A DNA stretch of 64,000 nucleotides. It comes from an uncultured Planctomycetaceae bacterium. Its GTDB lineage: Bacteria > Planctomycetota > Planctomycetia > Pirellulales > PALSA-1355. The position numbers and the translations under genes are program-made. Positions 22,469 to 33,259 of this stretch are shown here, piece by piece (within the stretch, counting starts at the first letter, position 1; each line of letters opens with the position of its first letter). The notes below the pieces were generated by a model. It worked only from the letters and a program-made list of their open reading frames with translations, searched no databases and was not told the DNA's origin. The stretch lies in contig CAWAUV010000005.1 in NCBI GenBank assembly GCA_963785305.1, positions 384,001-448,000 on the forward strand, given 5' to 3'.

Positions 22469-25400
22469 GTGGCTTTCCTGGTTGGATTGGCGTTTGCCTT
22501 ACCATGTCTCGCGAGCGGCGAAGACGCGGCCCAAAAGATTTTTACGCAAGCCCCACAGGTCGCGCCGGCGGCAGGCGCCCCCCCGGCCACGGCCGCGGCG
22601 CCGCAAGCGAAACCCGATCGCAATGCCGGCCCGACGCCCTCCTGGATCTGGGGCGCCGACACCGAAAAGCAATACTTTGCCCGAAAGACGTTCACGGCGC
22701 CGGCCGGAATCAAAGCCGCGCATTTGGAAGCATCCTGCGACAATAGCGTGCGCGTGTTCGTCAACGGCCAGCCCGCGGGTTCGTCCGACGAATGGAACGA
22801 GCCGCTGGCGACCGATGTTTCGAAGTTCCTCAAGCCGGGCGAAAATGTGCTCACGGCCGAGATCACGAATCACGGTGGCCCGGCGGCCTTTGTGCTCGAG
22901 CTCGTTCTCACCTTGGCCGATGGCAAGACCGAGAAGATCGTGACCGATGGCTCGTGGCAAATGACCGAGCATCGGGAAGGCGGCGCCGGTTCGCCGGCGA
23001 AAATCGTGGCAAAATATGGCGCCGCGCCCTGGGGGCCGGTGTTCGACAATGTGAGCGGCGGCAGCAAGGTAGCCCGCAACTTGTTCAATTTGCCGCCCGG
23101 TTTTCAGGTCGAATTGCTCTTCACCGTGCCCAAGAGCGAACTTGGTTCCTGGGTCTGCATCACGACCGACAACAAGGGCCGGCTCATCGTCAGCGATCAG
23201 GACAACAAGGGGCTTTGCCGAGTGACGCCTTCGCCGGTCGGCAGCCAGGAGCCCACGCAGGTCGAGCGGCTCGATGTGAAAATGTCGGGCGCCCAGGGCA
23301 TGCTCTGGGCCTTCGATAGCCTCTATGTCACGGCCAACGGCGGCCCGGGCAGCGGGCTCTATCGGCTGCGCGACACGAATGGCGACGACCAGTTCGACGA
23401 AGTGGTGAAGCTCAAGGAATTTCGCGGCGGCGGGGAACACGGTCCGCATTCGCTGCGACTTTCGCCCGACGGCAAGCGTATCGTGGCCATGGCCGGCAAT
23501 CACACCCGGCCGCCCTTCGACCGCGAATTGAACTCGCCGGTGCAGACGATGGGCGGCGTGCGTCCGGAGCAATTGCATGCCACGCTCCCGCCCGACTCGG
23601 CCAGTCGGCTGATGCCCAATTGGGATGAAGACCTCCTCCTGCCGCGCCAATGGGACGGCAACGGCCACGCCGCGGGCATTCTCGCGCCCGGCGGCTGGAT
23701 CGCCAAGACCGATCCCGATGGCAAGACTTGGGATATCATCGCCAGTGGTTTCCGCAATGAATTCGACATGGCGTTCAACGCCGATGGCGAGTTGTTCGTC
23801 TACGACGCCGACATGGAATGGGACTACGGGATGCCCTGGTATCGGCCGACGCGCGTGGTGCATGCTCGCGAGCGGAGCCGAGTTCGGCTGGCGGAGCGGC
23901 ACCGGAAAGTGGCCCGCCTATTATGTGGACAGTCTGCCGGAGCGATCGTCGATATCGGGCCCGGCTCGCCGGTGGGCGTCGAATTCGGCTACGGCGCGAA
24001 GTTTCCCGCCAAATATCAAAAGGCGCTGTTCATCTGCGATTGGACTTTCGGCACCATGTACGCCATTCACCTCACGCCCTCGGGCGCGAGCTATCGGGCC
24101 GAGAAAGAGGAATTCGTCTCGCGCACTCCGCTGCCGCTGACCGATGTGACCGTGGGCCGCGACGGAGCCATGTACTTCACGATCGGCGGGCGCGGCGGAC
24201 AATCGGAACTTTATCGCGTGACCTATGTCGGCAGCGAGCCGACGACGACGGTCGACATGCATGACCCTCGCGATGGCAAGCTGCGCAAGCTGCGCCACGA
24301 GATCGAGGCCTATCATCGTCCTGGCGCCGACGCGGCCAAGGCCACGGCGTTTCTCGCTCCGCTCTTGGGTCATGCCGATCGGACGATCCGTTATGCGGCC
24401 CGAGTCGGCGCTCGAGCGATTGCCGGTCGCCGCATGGCAAGATCGCGTGCTCGCGGCTAGCGAGCCCGAAGCGATCATCACCGGCGTGGTGGGCCTCGCG
24501 CGGCAGGCCGATGCGCCGCTCGCCCCGAGGCTGCTGGCGGCGCTCGACAAGGTCGGCTTCTCGCCGCTTTCGGAATCGGGGCAGCTCGACCTGTTGCGGG
24601 CCTATCAACTGACCTTCTTGCGGCTCGGCTTGCCGCCGGAAGCCTCGCGCAAATCGCTGGGTGAAAAGTTCGACCGCGCTGTTTCCAAGCAACTCGGAAT
24701 TCGTGAATCGCGAGATCGCGATCCTCATGGTGGGTCTCGAATCGCCGGGCGCCGCCCGCAAAATCGTTCCGCTGCTCAAGCGGGAACGCGTGGCCTCGGC
24801 CGGACCTGAACTGGGCGATGTGCTGAGCCGCAACCCGGGCTATGGCAACACCGTGGCCGCGGTGCGGGCCAACCAGCCCGACGCCCAGCAGATTGCCTAT
24901 GTGTTCGCCCTGCGAAACCTGAAAACCGGTTGGACTGCCGAAGAGCGCCGGGCCTATTTCGCGTGGTTCGAGAAAGCGCGTGGTTGGAGCGGCGGCAACA
25001 GCTATCAAAAGTTCCTGACCCATATCGAGGACGACGCTTTCGCCAACGCCTCGGACATCGACCGCCTGTTGATTCAATCGGCCGGCCTCCGCAAGCCCTA
25101 CAAGGCGCCGGAGTTGCCCAAGCCGGTCGGGCCGGGCAAGGATTACACCGTGGCCGATCTCGTGGCCGCGGTGGGCGACGGGATGAAGGGCCGGAATTTC
25201 AAGCATGGCCAGAAGATGTTCGCCGCGGCTCGCTGCGTGGTTTGCCATCGCTTCAACAACGACGGTGGCGACACCGGGCCCGACCTCACTCAAGCCGCCG
25301 GGCGGTTTAGCGTGAAGGATATGGCCGAGTCGATCGTCGATCCGAGCAAGGTGGTTTCCGACCAGTACCGCACCACGGTTGTGCAGACCGACGATGGCAA

Positions 25401-25638
25401 GACCTACACCGGCCGCGTGATCGCCGTGTCGCCGGAATCGATTACGCTGCTCGCCGATCCGGAAGACGCGAGCAAGACGGTCGTGATTCCGAAGAAAGAG
25501 ATCGAGCACCAGCAGCTTTCGCCGGTGTCGCTCATGCCGAAAGACCTGCTCAAGTCGCTCAATCAAAATGAAGTGCTCGATCTCTTGGCGTATTTGCTCT
25601 CGAAGGGCAATCCGCAAGATCCGATCTTCAAGAAATGA
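22469..25638 (+). CDS. Secreted PVC-type haem-binding protein: beta-sandwich + dehydrogenase-like beta-propeller + HEAT-like repeats + cytochrome c (several frameshifts)
   Basis: GEHGPH, GFRNEFD, DADMEWD, GPGSP; CVVCH haem motif, GPDLT, SLMP..L. Reading frame shifts near 23870, 23940, 24410 and 24680; the start may be at 22396. Confidence 0.75.
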
Positions 25639-25688
25639 GCGGCGGCGGCGTCTAAAAGACTGATCTTCGAACCCTCGCGAGGCTGTCG

Positions 25689-26096
25689 ATGTCCTTTGTC
25701 GCGGAACGCCCGGAAACCCACTCCCTAGTCATGGGCTATGTGCTCTGGATCTTCGGATTCACCGGCTCCCATCGCTTTTACTACGGTAAACCGATCACCG
25801 GCACCATCTGGCTCTTCACCGGCGGGCTGTTTCTCGTCGGCTGGATCGTCGATCTGTTTCTGATTCCTGGCATGGACCGCAAGGCCGATCGACGCTTTGT
25901 CGCCGGCCCTTACGATTATTCGATCGCCTGGATCTTACTGACGTTCTTCGGCTATCTCGGCCTGCATCGCCTGTATCTCGGCAAGGTCGTGAGCGGGATC
26001 ATCTACTTGCTCACCTTGGGCCTCGTTGGCATCGGCGTCATTTATGATTTCTGGACGTTGAACGAACAAATCAGCGATCGCAATCTTCGCCCATGA
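25689..26096 (+). CDS. TM2/NINE domain membrane protein (two TM2 units)
   Basis: GFTGSHRFYYGK and GYLGLHRLYLGK repeats. Confidence 0.88.
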   Translation: MSFVAERPETHSLVMGYVLWIFGFTGSHRFYYGKPITGTIWLFTGGLFLVGWIVDLFLIPGMDRKADRRFVAGPYDYSIAWILLTFFGYLGLHRLYLGKVVSGIIYLLTLGLVGIGVIYDFWTLNEQISDRNLRP

Positions 26097-26232
26097 AATT
26101 GAAACCGCGATATTGTGTCTCGCGCGGCCATGCGGGAGACGTTTCCAAGCAATTGGAAATCGATCGTATTTGGCGTGGCCGAGCGCGGAATGGCCGAGCG
26201 CGGCGCGGCCTGATGAATATTTCGACGGTCCG

Positions 26233-26970
26233 CTAACTCGTCCCGAACATGAAGTCCATGAGATCGCGCGTGCCCAGGGTGCGGGGGCTGGCGAAGAGTT
26301 CTCCAGCGGCGTAGCCGGCCGCGAGGCCCTGTTGCAATGCCACGGCCCGCACTCGGTCGAACACATACTCCTTCGCCGGCGGAAACTGCGTCTTATAACA
26401 CCGCACCGCGTCGAGCTTCGTTTCCAAGGTGTCGCTGATATCGTTCACGAAGTGGCCGGGGTAGACCGGCGGCGAGATCGTGCCGAACGCCAACGAGTAA
26501 TAAAGCTGCATCGGCACGGTGTGAACGGGCAGACCATCGAAGTGTTCGTCCCATTTCGTCAAACGTGAATAGAACACGGCGGCGTCGGTGATTTGCATCG
26601 CTTGCCAATGATCGGGCGAGGCCAGCGGCGTTTTTTCGCCAAAGCCCAGCACCAGCCGCGGCCGATAGCGGCGAAACTCCTTGCCCAGCGCCACGCGAGC
26701 CTCGAAGGTGTCGAACAGCCGCCGGTTGGGCAAATCAAGTTGCACCCGCGCCGCCACTCCCAGCGCTCGCGCCGCCGCCTCGGCTTCGGCGAGCCGAGTC
26801 TCGGGGCCGGGCGAGTGGGGCGTTGGCTCGCCATCGGTCAGGTCGATGATGCCGACGCGATAACCTTGCCTCGCGAGTCGAGCCAATGTGCCACCGCAGC
26901 CGATCTCGACATCGTCGGGATGCGCGCCCACGGCAATCACGTCGAGCTGCTGGGGAGCCGATGCGGTCAT
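26233..26970 (-). CDS. PIG-L/LmbE family deacetylase (BshB1-like)
   Basis: [27 protein letters not shown]. Confidence 0.88.
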   Translation of the reverse strand: MTASAPQQLDVIAVGAHPDDVEIGCGGTLARLARQGYRVGIIDLTDGEPTPHSPGPETRLAEAEAAARALGVAARVQLDLPNRRLFDTFEARVALGKEFRRYRPRLVLGFGEKTPLASPDHWQAMQITDAAVFYSRLTKWDEHFDGLPVHTVPMQLYYSLAFGTISPPVYPGHFVNDISDTLETKLDAVRCYKTQFPPAKEYVFDRVRAVALQQGLAAGYAAGELFASPRTLGTRDLMDFMFGTS

Positions 26971-27094
26971 ATTTTATGGGGTCGCGAGATGTTTTTTTGG
27001 AGCGTAGCCAGGGACGGACACGAAAAAATACAAAAGCGCCATCATGGAAAACGACGCGCTGGCACGCGTCGCCGCGGTCCGAATCTCCGGTCAG

Positions 27095-28352
27095 CTAGTT
27101 TGTCGTCGCGCCGTCGGGCTTGATCACCGCCAGCAAAAACGTGGGGTTCATCGCTTCCAGACGCACGCGTTCCAGTTGATAGGTGCCGCGCGAGAGATTG
27201 ACCATCCATAGTTTCACGTCCGACGACAGCCGGTGCAGCGCTTGATGCACCGCGGCCACATTGTCGATGCTGCCCACGCTCGTGACGAGTCGCCCGCCCG
27301 GCCGCAAGCGATCGAAAGCCGCCTCCACCACGCCGCTCACCTCGCGGCCGCTGCCGCCGACGAAGATCGCATCGGGGTCGGGCAGGTCGCTCCAGGCTGC
27401 CGGCGCGTGGCCCAAGATCGGCACGAGATTCGTAACCCCGAACCGTTCCGCGTTGGCCATGATGAGCGAATGGTCTTCGGCGTCCATCTCGATGGCATAC
27501 ACCGCGCCGCCCGAGGCGATTTGCGCCGCCTCGATCGACACCGAACCGCTCCCGGCGCCCACATCCCAGACCACGCTGCTGGGCCCCAGGTCCATTTCCG
27601 CCAGGGCCATGGCCCGCACCTCGGCCGGAGTAAGCAGGCCGCGCTTGGGCTTGGTTTGCAGAAAAGCTTCGTCGGGATTACCGAACAGCCGCCGGCCGAT
27701 CGCCTCGCTCGGGCGGTCGGGCACATTCGGCTTGCGCACCAGGATCATTACATTGAGCGGCGAAAACTCGGCTCCGGCGATTTCCGCGAGCTCGCCTTGC
27801 GTGACGCGTTCGTCGGGCGAGCCGAGATTCTCGCACACATAGGCCGAGAAATAATCGATGCGCCGCTCGAGCAGCGAAGCCGCCACGGTCGCCGGCGGGC
27901 AGGCTTCGCTCGTGAAGAGGCCCACCTTGGCCGCGATGCGAATCTTTTCGAGCACCGTCTCGATCTTGTGATTGGCCAGATTCGTGAGAAACGCTTCTTC
28001 CCAACTTTCTTTCACGCGGGCAAACGCGAGTTGCATGCTGCTCACATGCGGCACGACGATAAATCGATCCTTGCCAAGCTTGTCGCACAAGTACCGGGCC
28101 ACGCCATAGAACAGCGGGTCGCCCGAGGCGAGCACTACCACTCGGCGCTCGCCGGTCTTGGCCAAGCGTTCGACGACTTCGTCGAGCGAGCCGCCGATGA
28201 CGAGCCTTTTCGCGGGCGGCGCGGCGGTCTTGGAGAGCATGCTTTCGGCGCCGGCCAAGAGATCGGCATCGGCGATCAGCCCAGCGCGCCGCCGTGGTGA
28301 GGCCGTCGAGCCCATCGTCGCCGATGCCGATGATATGAATTTTAGCGTCCAT
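27095..28352 (-). CDS. cbiE: Precorrin-6Y/cobalt-precorrin C5,15-methyltransferase, CbiE-CbiT fusion (frameshift near 28285)
   Basis: IHIIGIGDDG, LASGDPLFYG, ENLGSPDER, VWDVGAGSGSVSIE, DAIFVGGSG, LRPGGRLV. Confidence 0.88.
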
Positions 28353-28558
28353 GGATTCGGGCCAATTCGCGAGACGGGCCAATCCGCGCGAGACGTGCCA
28401 GCCGAACGACCATCGACGGCGCCCGCCTTCGGGGAAATGAAGCCCGATTCTAAATCATAAGTTCGCGGGGCGGAAGCCTATGCAACGCGCAAAGGGCGGC
28501 GCCGCGCGAACTTCGCCCGACGCCGCCCCCCGCGGTTTTTGAAGAGCCCCGCCGCGGC

Positions 28559-29692
28559 TCAGAAATCTTCTTCGCGAGCCGGTTTTGCTTTTTCGCCCGA
28601 GCCGCCCGCCGACTTTTCCTTGGCGCCGGCGTGCTTCTCGCCCGGCTTGGCGCCTTGTTTGGCGTGTTCATGTTCATGATGGCGGCGGTGCATGGCGGCC
28701 AACTGCTCCAGGCATTGTTCATGGTCTTTGATAAATGCCCACACATCGTCGGCCGGCGCTTTCCAGAGCACGATCAGGCTCTTGCCCTCGCGCTCGATGC
28801 GCACCGGCTCGACCAGCTTCTTGCAGCTAGCGTCGTCGGCGCATTTGAGCGAGGCCATTGCCTTGGCGCCTTCGGCGACTTGCACCATTTGAGCCGCCGC
28901 CTCGTCGGTGGTCATCGTCACACGCACGCGGAAGAACGATTTTCCTTCGTTTTCGCCCGTCACCATGCGAAACGATTCGGTCTGCCGGGCGACCGAGTCC
29001 TTGCATGGCAACTCAGCCTTCGACACGCCGATCACGCGAAACAGCATCGTGGTTCCCGGCGGGACGATGCCCGAGAGTTTGGAACCCTCGCCTTTGGACC
29101 CTTCGCCCTTGGAGCTATCGGCAAGCGATCTCGCTTTGCCATCGAGCACATCGAGGGCGGCGCGCAGTTCGTCGAAGCTGCTGGCCACGACCAAGTGATT
29201 GTCGTCGAATGTGGCGGCGACCACCGTGGCATGCGACCGGTCGGGACGCGGCCAAGAGTGGAGCTCGCGGTCGCCATGCTTGGCCGATTCGTGGCCCGGC
29301 GCTTTAGAGCCCCAGTCGAGGAGGCGCTGCTGGTCGAGCTTGGCGTCGAGGATCATCACGCCGGTTTCCTTGCCCACTTGCTTGCCATAGAAGGTGGCGC
29401 CGTGAAGGTCATGCCGCGGGTCCATGCCGAGCATTTGCGTGGCCATCTTCATTTTGTCTTCCATGCCAGGATGCTTTTCCTTGGCTCGCTCGTACATGTG
29501 CCTGACGATGGTACTGGAGCGCACCGCGTCGAAGTCGACATGGCCGAGCCACGTGGCGTCGGCGGCAACTTGCTTTTCATCGAGCGGGGCCGCCTGGACC
29601 CCTGGCGCGCCCATCGCGAGAATCGCCGCCAAGAACAACGCCGCGCTGATGCTTGCCTCCATCGCAAGCCGGTTAATCCGCCTGATTCGCAT
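28559..29692 (-). CDS. Secreted hypothetical protein
   Basis: Long ORF with typical codon use, signal peptide (ALFLAAILAMGAPGVQA), SKGEG repeat and His/Lys-rich tail. Confidence 0.65.
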   Translation of the reverse strand: MRIRRINRLAMEASISAALFLAAILAMGAPGVQAAPLDEKQVAADATWLGHVDFDAVRSSTIVRHMYERAKEKHPGMEDKMKMATQMLGMDPRHDLHGATFYGKQVGKETGVMILDAKLDQQRLLDWGSKAPGHESAKHGDRELHSWPRPDRSHATVVAATFDDNHLVVASSFDELRAALDVLDGKARSLADSSKGEGSKGEGSKLSGIVPPGTTMLFRVIGVSKAELPCKDSVARQTESFRMVTGENEGKSFFRVRVTMTTDEAAAQMVQVAEGAKAMASLKCADDASCKKLVEPVRIEREGKSLIVLWKAPADDVWAFIKDHEQCLEQLAAMHRRHHEHEHAKQGAKPGEKHAGAKEKSAGGSGEKAKPAREEDF

Positions 29693-29850
29693 TTGATCGC
29701 CTCGATTTTCGATAGGGGTGCGGAAAAGAATAGCGCGGTGGCCCCGATCGCCACCGCGCTGTCGATGTGTGGGTCTTAATGGATACCTTAGTCGATGGTC
29801 GAAAGTTTCCACAATCGCCCCGATCGAGCGGATTCGCGTTTTGCTCGGTG

Positions 29851-30730
29851 CTAGCGTGGCCCGGCGCTTGGACTGCCGGCGAGCGACGCCGCGTTGTCGC
29901 GAGATTTTTGGACCTGCTCGACCGCGTCGGCGGCCGCTTCCAATTCCCCGGACATGAAATAGGGCTCGCTCTCGGCATTAAGGCGTTCGATGCGCTTGGC
30001 GGCCAAGTCGCTCCAACTCATGCCGGAGGCCAAATGCCACGCCGCCGCTTGACACGCTCGCTGATCGATGGCGCCGGCGCCGAGTCGGGCCAGCAGTTCG
30101 CTCACGCCTGGGGCGCTCGTCACCTCCTCGACCGGGCAGAGCTCGTACGTATTGCGTGGCTTCGGCTCGCGCTTGCCATGTTCGAGGCACACGGTGTCGA
30201 GCTTCATCTCGATGAGTTGCTCGGGCTCGATATTCAAGAAGCCTCGGTTACCGATGAGTCCGCGCGGGCGATTTTGATTCGATTGCGGTCCGCCGATGCC
30301 CATTGCTTGGGGAGCGTTGGCGTTGTTTTGGCCGCCCATGGAGCCCGTCATCCCGACGCCAGCGCCCATGTTGAATTGCGCGAGCACCGGCCGCGCCGCC
30401 ATCGCCGCGGGCAATTGCACCGACAATGGGCGCTTGGCCACATTCTTAACTAGCAGTCGGCCCTGGCGATCGTTCTTGGGAATGAACTTCACGTCGAGCT
30501 CGCCAGACTTCATGCCGGCAAACAACTCCACGCCGCCGCGCACGGGCGGAGCGCTGGGCTCGGCCGCGTTTCTTTCTTGGGCGGCGAGCCCCTGGGGCCC
30601 CAGCATCGCGCCGCAACAGCCCACGAAGCCCACGAGACAAAGGCGCGCGAGACGTGGCGCTGCGTCGACCGCTCGTTTCAAGTTCGCTTGGTTCAAAACA
30701 GCGAGCTACCCAACCATGCAACGATTTCAT
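29851..30730 (-). CDS. Secreted hypothetical protein (possible frameshift near the N-terminus)
   Basis: ORF 29851..30696 contains ELFAGMKSGELDVKFIPKN, VCLEHGKREP, QAAAWHLA. A strong RBS (GAGGAG) precedes an ATG at 30730 in another frame. Confidence 0.6.
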
Positions 30731-31063
30731 GACGCCTCTCCTCAATGCGTGAGATAGGTCCGACGGACGCACGAGCCCGTTCCGAGGAGGCGTCATGCGC
30801 CGCGGCGAGCGAGACCAAAGATGAGACCGAAATGTGCTCGCCACCCACACGATACCGCTCGCGGGCGTCCGAGTGCAAGCGAAACTCCCGGAATTTTTCG
30901 GAAATCCTGGCGACTTTCTCGCGCTGCTACCAACGCTCGCTCGCGCGGCATATACTGCAATGGTTCGGCCATTCATGACCCATTCGAGGCGCGGCCGAGA
31001 CCTGAACAGGCGGCTATCCAAACGCCTATTCGCGCGAGCCGCGCGCGGGAAAATGTCGTCGTC

Positions 31064-31351
31064 ATGCAGCGCTGCGAGGTCTTTTATTCGGGCCGGGTAC
31101 AAGGTGTCGGCTTTCGCTACACGGCGAGGCGGCTGACGGCGGGATTTGTCGTTACCGGCTTCGTGCAAAACCTGCCCGATGGCCGTGTTTGGCTCGTGGC
31201 CGAAGGGTCGGCGGCGGAACTCGACGCTTTTCTCGCCGCGATCGCCGACGAATTGGACCGGCATATCCACTCGGTCGAGCAAACCCGGCTCGAGGCCAGC
31301 GGTGAATTCGCCGACTTCGGCGTTCGATTTCAAGACTTCGGCGGCCCGTGA
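31064..31351 (+). CDS. acyP: Acylphosphatase
   Basis: SGRVQGVGFR, GFVQNLPDGRV signature. Confidence 0.93.
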   Translation: MQRCEVFYSGRVQGVGFRYTARRLTAGFVVTGFVQNLPDGRVWLVAEGSAAELDAFLAAIADELDRHIHSVEQTRLEASGEFADFGVRFQDFGGP

Positions 31352-31511
31352 GCGGACTTCTCGCTGGGCCGCTCGACGGCAAGGCTTTTTACAAATAAAC
31401 TACCGGGCTGTTTGAACCTCTTTCCGCGCCGCCGCGTACAACTCGTTTGGCGAGCATGGGATCGCTTCATTTGGCCCGGGTCTTCGGCATTCGTCCGTTG
31501 AGGAGCTGTTT

Positions 31512-32987
31512 GTGATTGTTCTCGGTTTGGCGAGCACTTGGATGACGCCCTTGTGGCTGCTCAGCGTGGGCGCGGCGATTTTTCTAGTCGGGCTAGGACT
31601 CATTTATGGCGTGCTCCGGCTGGCGCGACCCTCGGCCGCACTGGAGATGGAAGAGGGTGTGCGCGAGGGGATGCTGCTGCCGATCATGTATCTGTTGGCG
31701 ATCATGGCGATCTTCTCTCTCGCCGGACTGGCCAAGGTTCCGGCCCGAACATTGCTCGCGGCCGTGGGTCGGCTGCCGGCGGTGGGCGAGCATCAGGTGG
31801 ATTTGGAAGTGCCGCCGGCGACGCCGGAATATGTCTGGCTGCTCGATTTTCGCAATTCCGAGCTGCAAGCGTATCGCATCGAAAGCGATCGGCCGATCAC
31901 GGTGAACACCTATCTGACCAAGGGCATTCTCACGCTCGGGCTCTTTCGCGTGTCGGCGAATCATCCGGTCGAATATCGCCGGCTCGTGGCCAGCGAAAAG
32001 CCGCTTTCGCACGATGTGAAAGATTGGAAATTCGAAAACGTCGACGCCGAGCCGGCGCATGTGCGAATCACGATCGATACCGATATCGATTATCCGCAGG
32101 TGCGGATCATTCCCGAGATCGTGGCGGCGCTCTCGCTGCTATTCGGGCTCTACTTTCTGCTGCGGGTCGTGGCGCCGCGGGTGTCGGCCATTGCGGTCAC
32201 GACCGCCAAGGAAGTGATCTCGCAGCCGCTGTTTTGGATCGCGCTTTCGGTCGGGGCCACGATCCTCGCGGCCTTCACCATCATTCCCTACAACACGTTT
32301 GGCGAGGACGTGAAGCTGATGAAGATGGGCGGGCTGACCGTGATCATGGTCTCCGCGATTTTGGTGGCGATCTGGTCGGCCAGCGTCTCGATCTCCGACG
32401 AAATCGAAGGCCGCACCGCGCTCACGCTGCTCTCGAAACCGGTGACGCGTGGCCAGTTTATCGTGGGCAAGTTCTTGGGAGTGCTCAAGGCGCCGGCCCT
32501 GCTGTTTATCTTGCTGGGCGTGGCCTTCATGTGCTGCGTGTCGTACAAAGTGGTGTACGATGCCCGCGAAGTAGCCAAGACCGAGCCGAATTGGCAAGAC
32601 TGTTACGCGGAAATGATCGGCGTGGCGCCTGGCTTGGCGCTGGCGTTCATGGAAACGGTCGTGCTGGCGGCGATCAGCGTGGCGATTTCAACGCGGCTGC
32701 CGATGCTGCCCAATCTGTTGATGTGCGCCTTGATCTATGCGCTCGGCAACCTCGGCCCGCTCTTGGTGCAGTCGTCGATCGATAAAAACGAGATCGTGCA
32801 TTTTATCGGCTCGTTTCTGGCCATGATCCTCCCGGTGCTCGACCATTTCAATATGCAGGCGGCGATTGCGGCCGGCGCGAGTCCGCCGCTCGCCTATTTG
32901 GGCTGGGCCGCGCTCTATGCGGCCGTCTATAGCACGATCGCCATGCTGCTGGCGCTCACGATGTTCGAGGATCGCGATCTCGCGTGA
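31512..32987 (+). CDS. ABC-2 type transporter permease with extra N-terminal TM and extracytoplasmic segment
   Basis: SISDEIEGRTALTLLSKPVTRGQFIVGKFLG, multiple TMs, FEDRDLA terminus. Confidence 0.82.
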   Translation: MIVLGLASTWMTPLWLLSVGAAIFLVGLGLIYGVLRLARPSAALEMEEGVREGMLLPIMYLLAIMAIFSLAGLAKVPARTLLAAVGRLPAVGEHQVDLEVPPATPEYVWLLDFRNSELQAYRIESDRPITVNTYLTKGILTLGLFRVSANHPVEYRRLVASEKPLSHDVKDWKFENVDAEPAHVRITIDTDIDYPQVRIIPEIVAALSLLFGLYFLLRVVAPRVSAIAVTTAKEVISQPLFWIALSVGATILAAFTIIPYNTFGEDVKLMKMGGLTVIMVSAILVAIWSASVSISDEIEGRTALTLLSKPVTRGQFIVGKFLGVLKAPALLFILLGVAFMCCVSYKVVYDAREVAKTEPNWQDCYAEMIGVAPGLALAFMETVVLAAISVAISTRLPMLPNLLMCALIYALGNLGPLLVQSSIDKNEIVHFIGSFLAMILPVLDHFNMQAAIAAGASPPLAYLGWAALYAAVYSTIAMLLALTMFEDRDLA

Positions 32988-33056
32988 TTTCACCCCGCGG
33001 GATTTCACCCCGCATGATTCAGCGGGCATGATTTCGTCGGCGTGTTTTCGCCGGAC
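32985..33056. repeat. Degenerate 14-15 bp tandem repeat (about 5 units, core TGATTTC)
   Basis: tgatttcaccccgcg / ggatttcaccccgca / tgattcagcgggca / tgatttcgtcggcg / tgttttcgccggac. Confidence 0.55.
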
Positions 33057-33259
33057 ACGCGGAATTTCCATCGCGCGGCGCTTTACCGCGTCGGGGCGAA
33101 TCGTTCCAATGCGTCCAAGGCGGCTCTCGTCGCAAGGCCCAACGACGCTCGGCGCCGCGCGATCCCGCGCCGCGAAAGCGCGTCGACCGGCTCGGTCGCT
33201 TGGGCGCGATCTCGCAACGTCTCGCGGCAATCTTCTCTCGAATCCGGCGGCATCCATCC

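Noticed and set aside
26176..26205. 13-bp direct repeat tggccgagcgcgg between convergent genes
   Set aside because: Only two adjacent GC-rich copies; likely local slippage with no evidence of function
26990..27040. Possible degenerate CACGAAAA/TACAAAA repeat element
   Set aside because: Too degenerate and lacks a convincing complementary arm
28353..28558. Cobalamin riboswitch upstream of cbiE/T
   Set aside because: No B12-box or GGGAA/GCCACTG-type consensus is visible
32985..33056. CRISPR array (also considered for 43062-43153)
   Set aside because: Units are 7-15 bp with no unique spacers, and there are no cas genes
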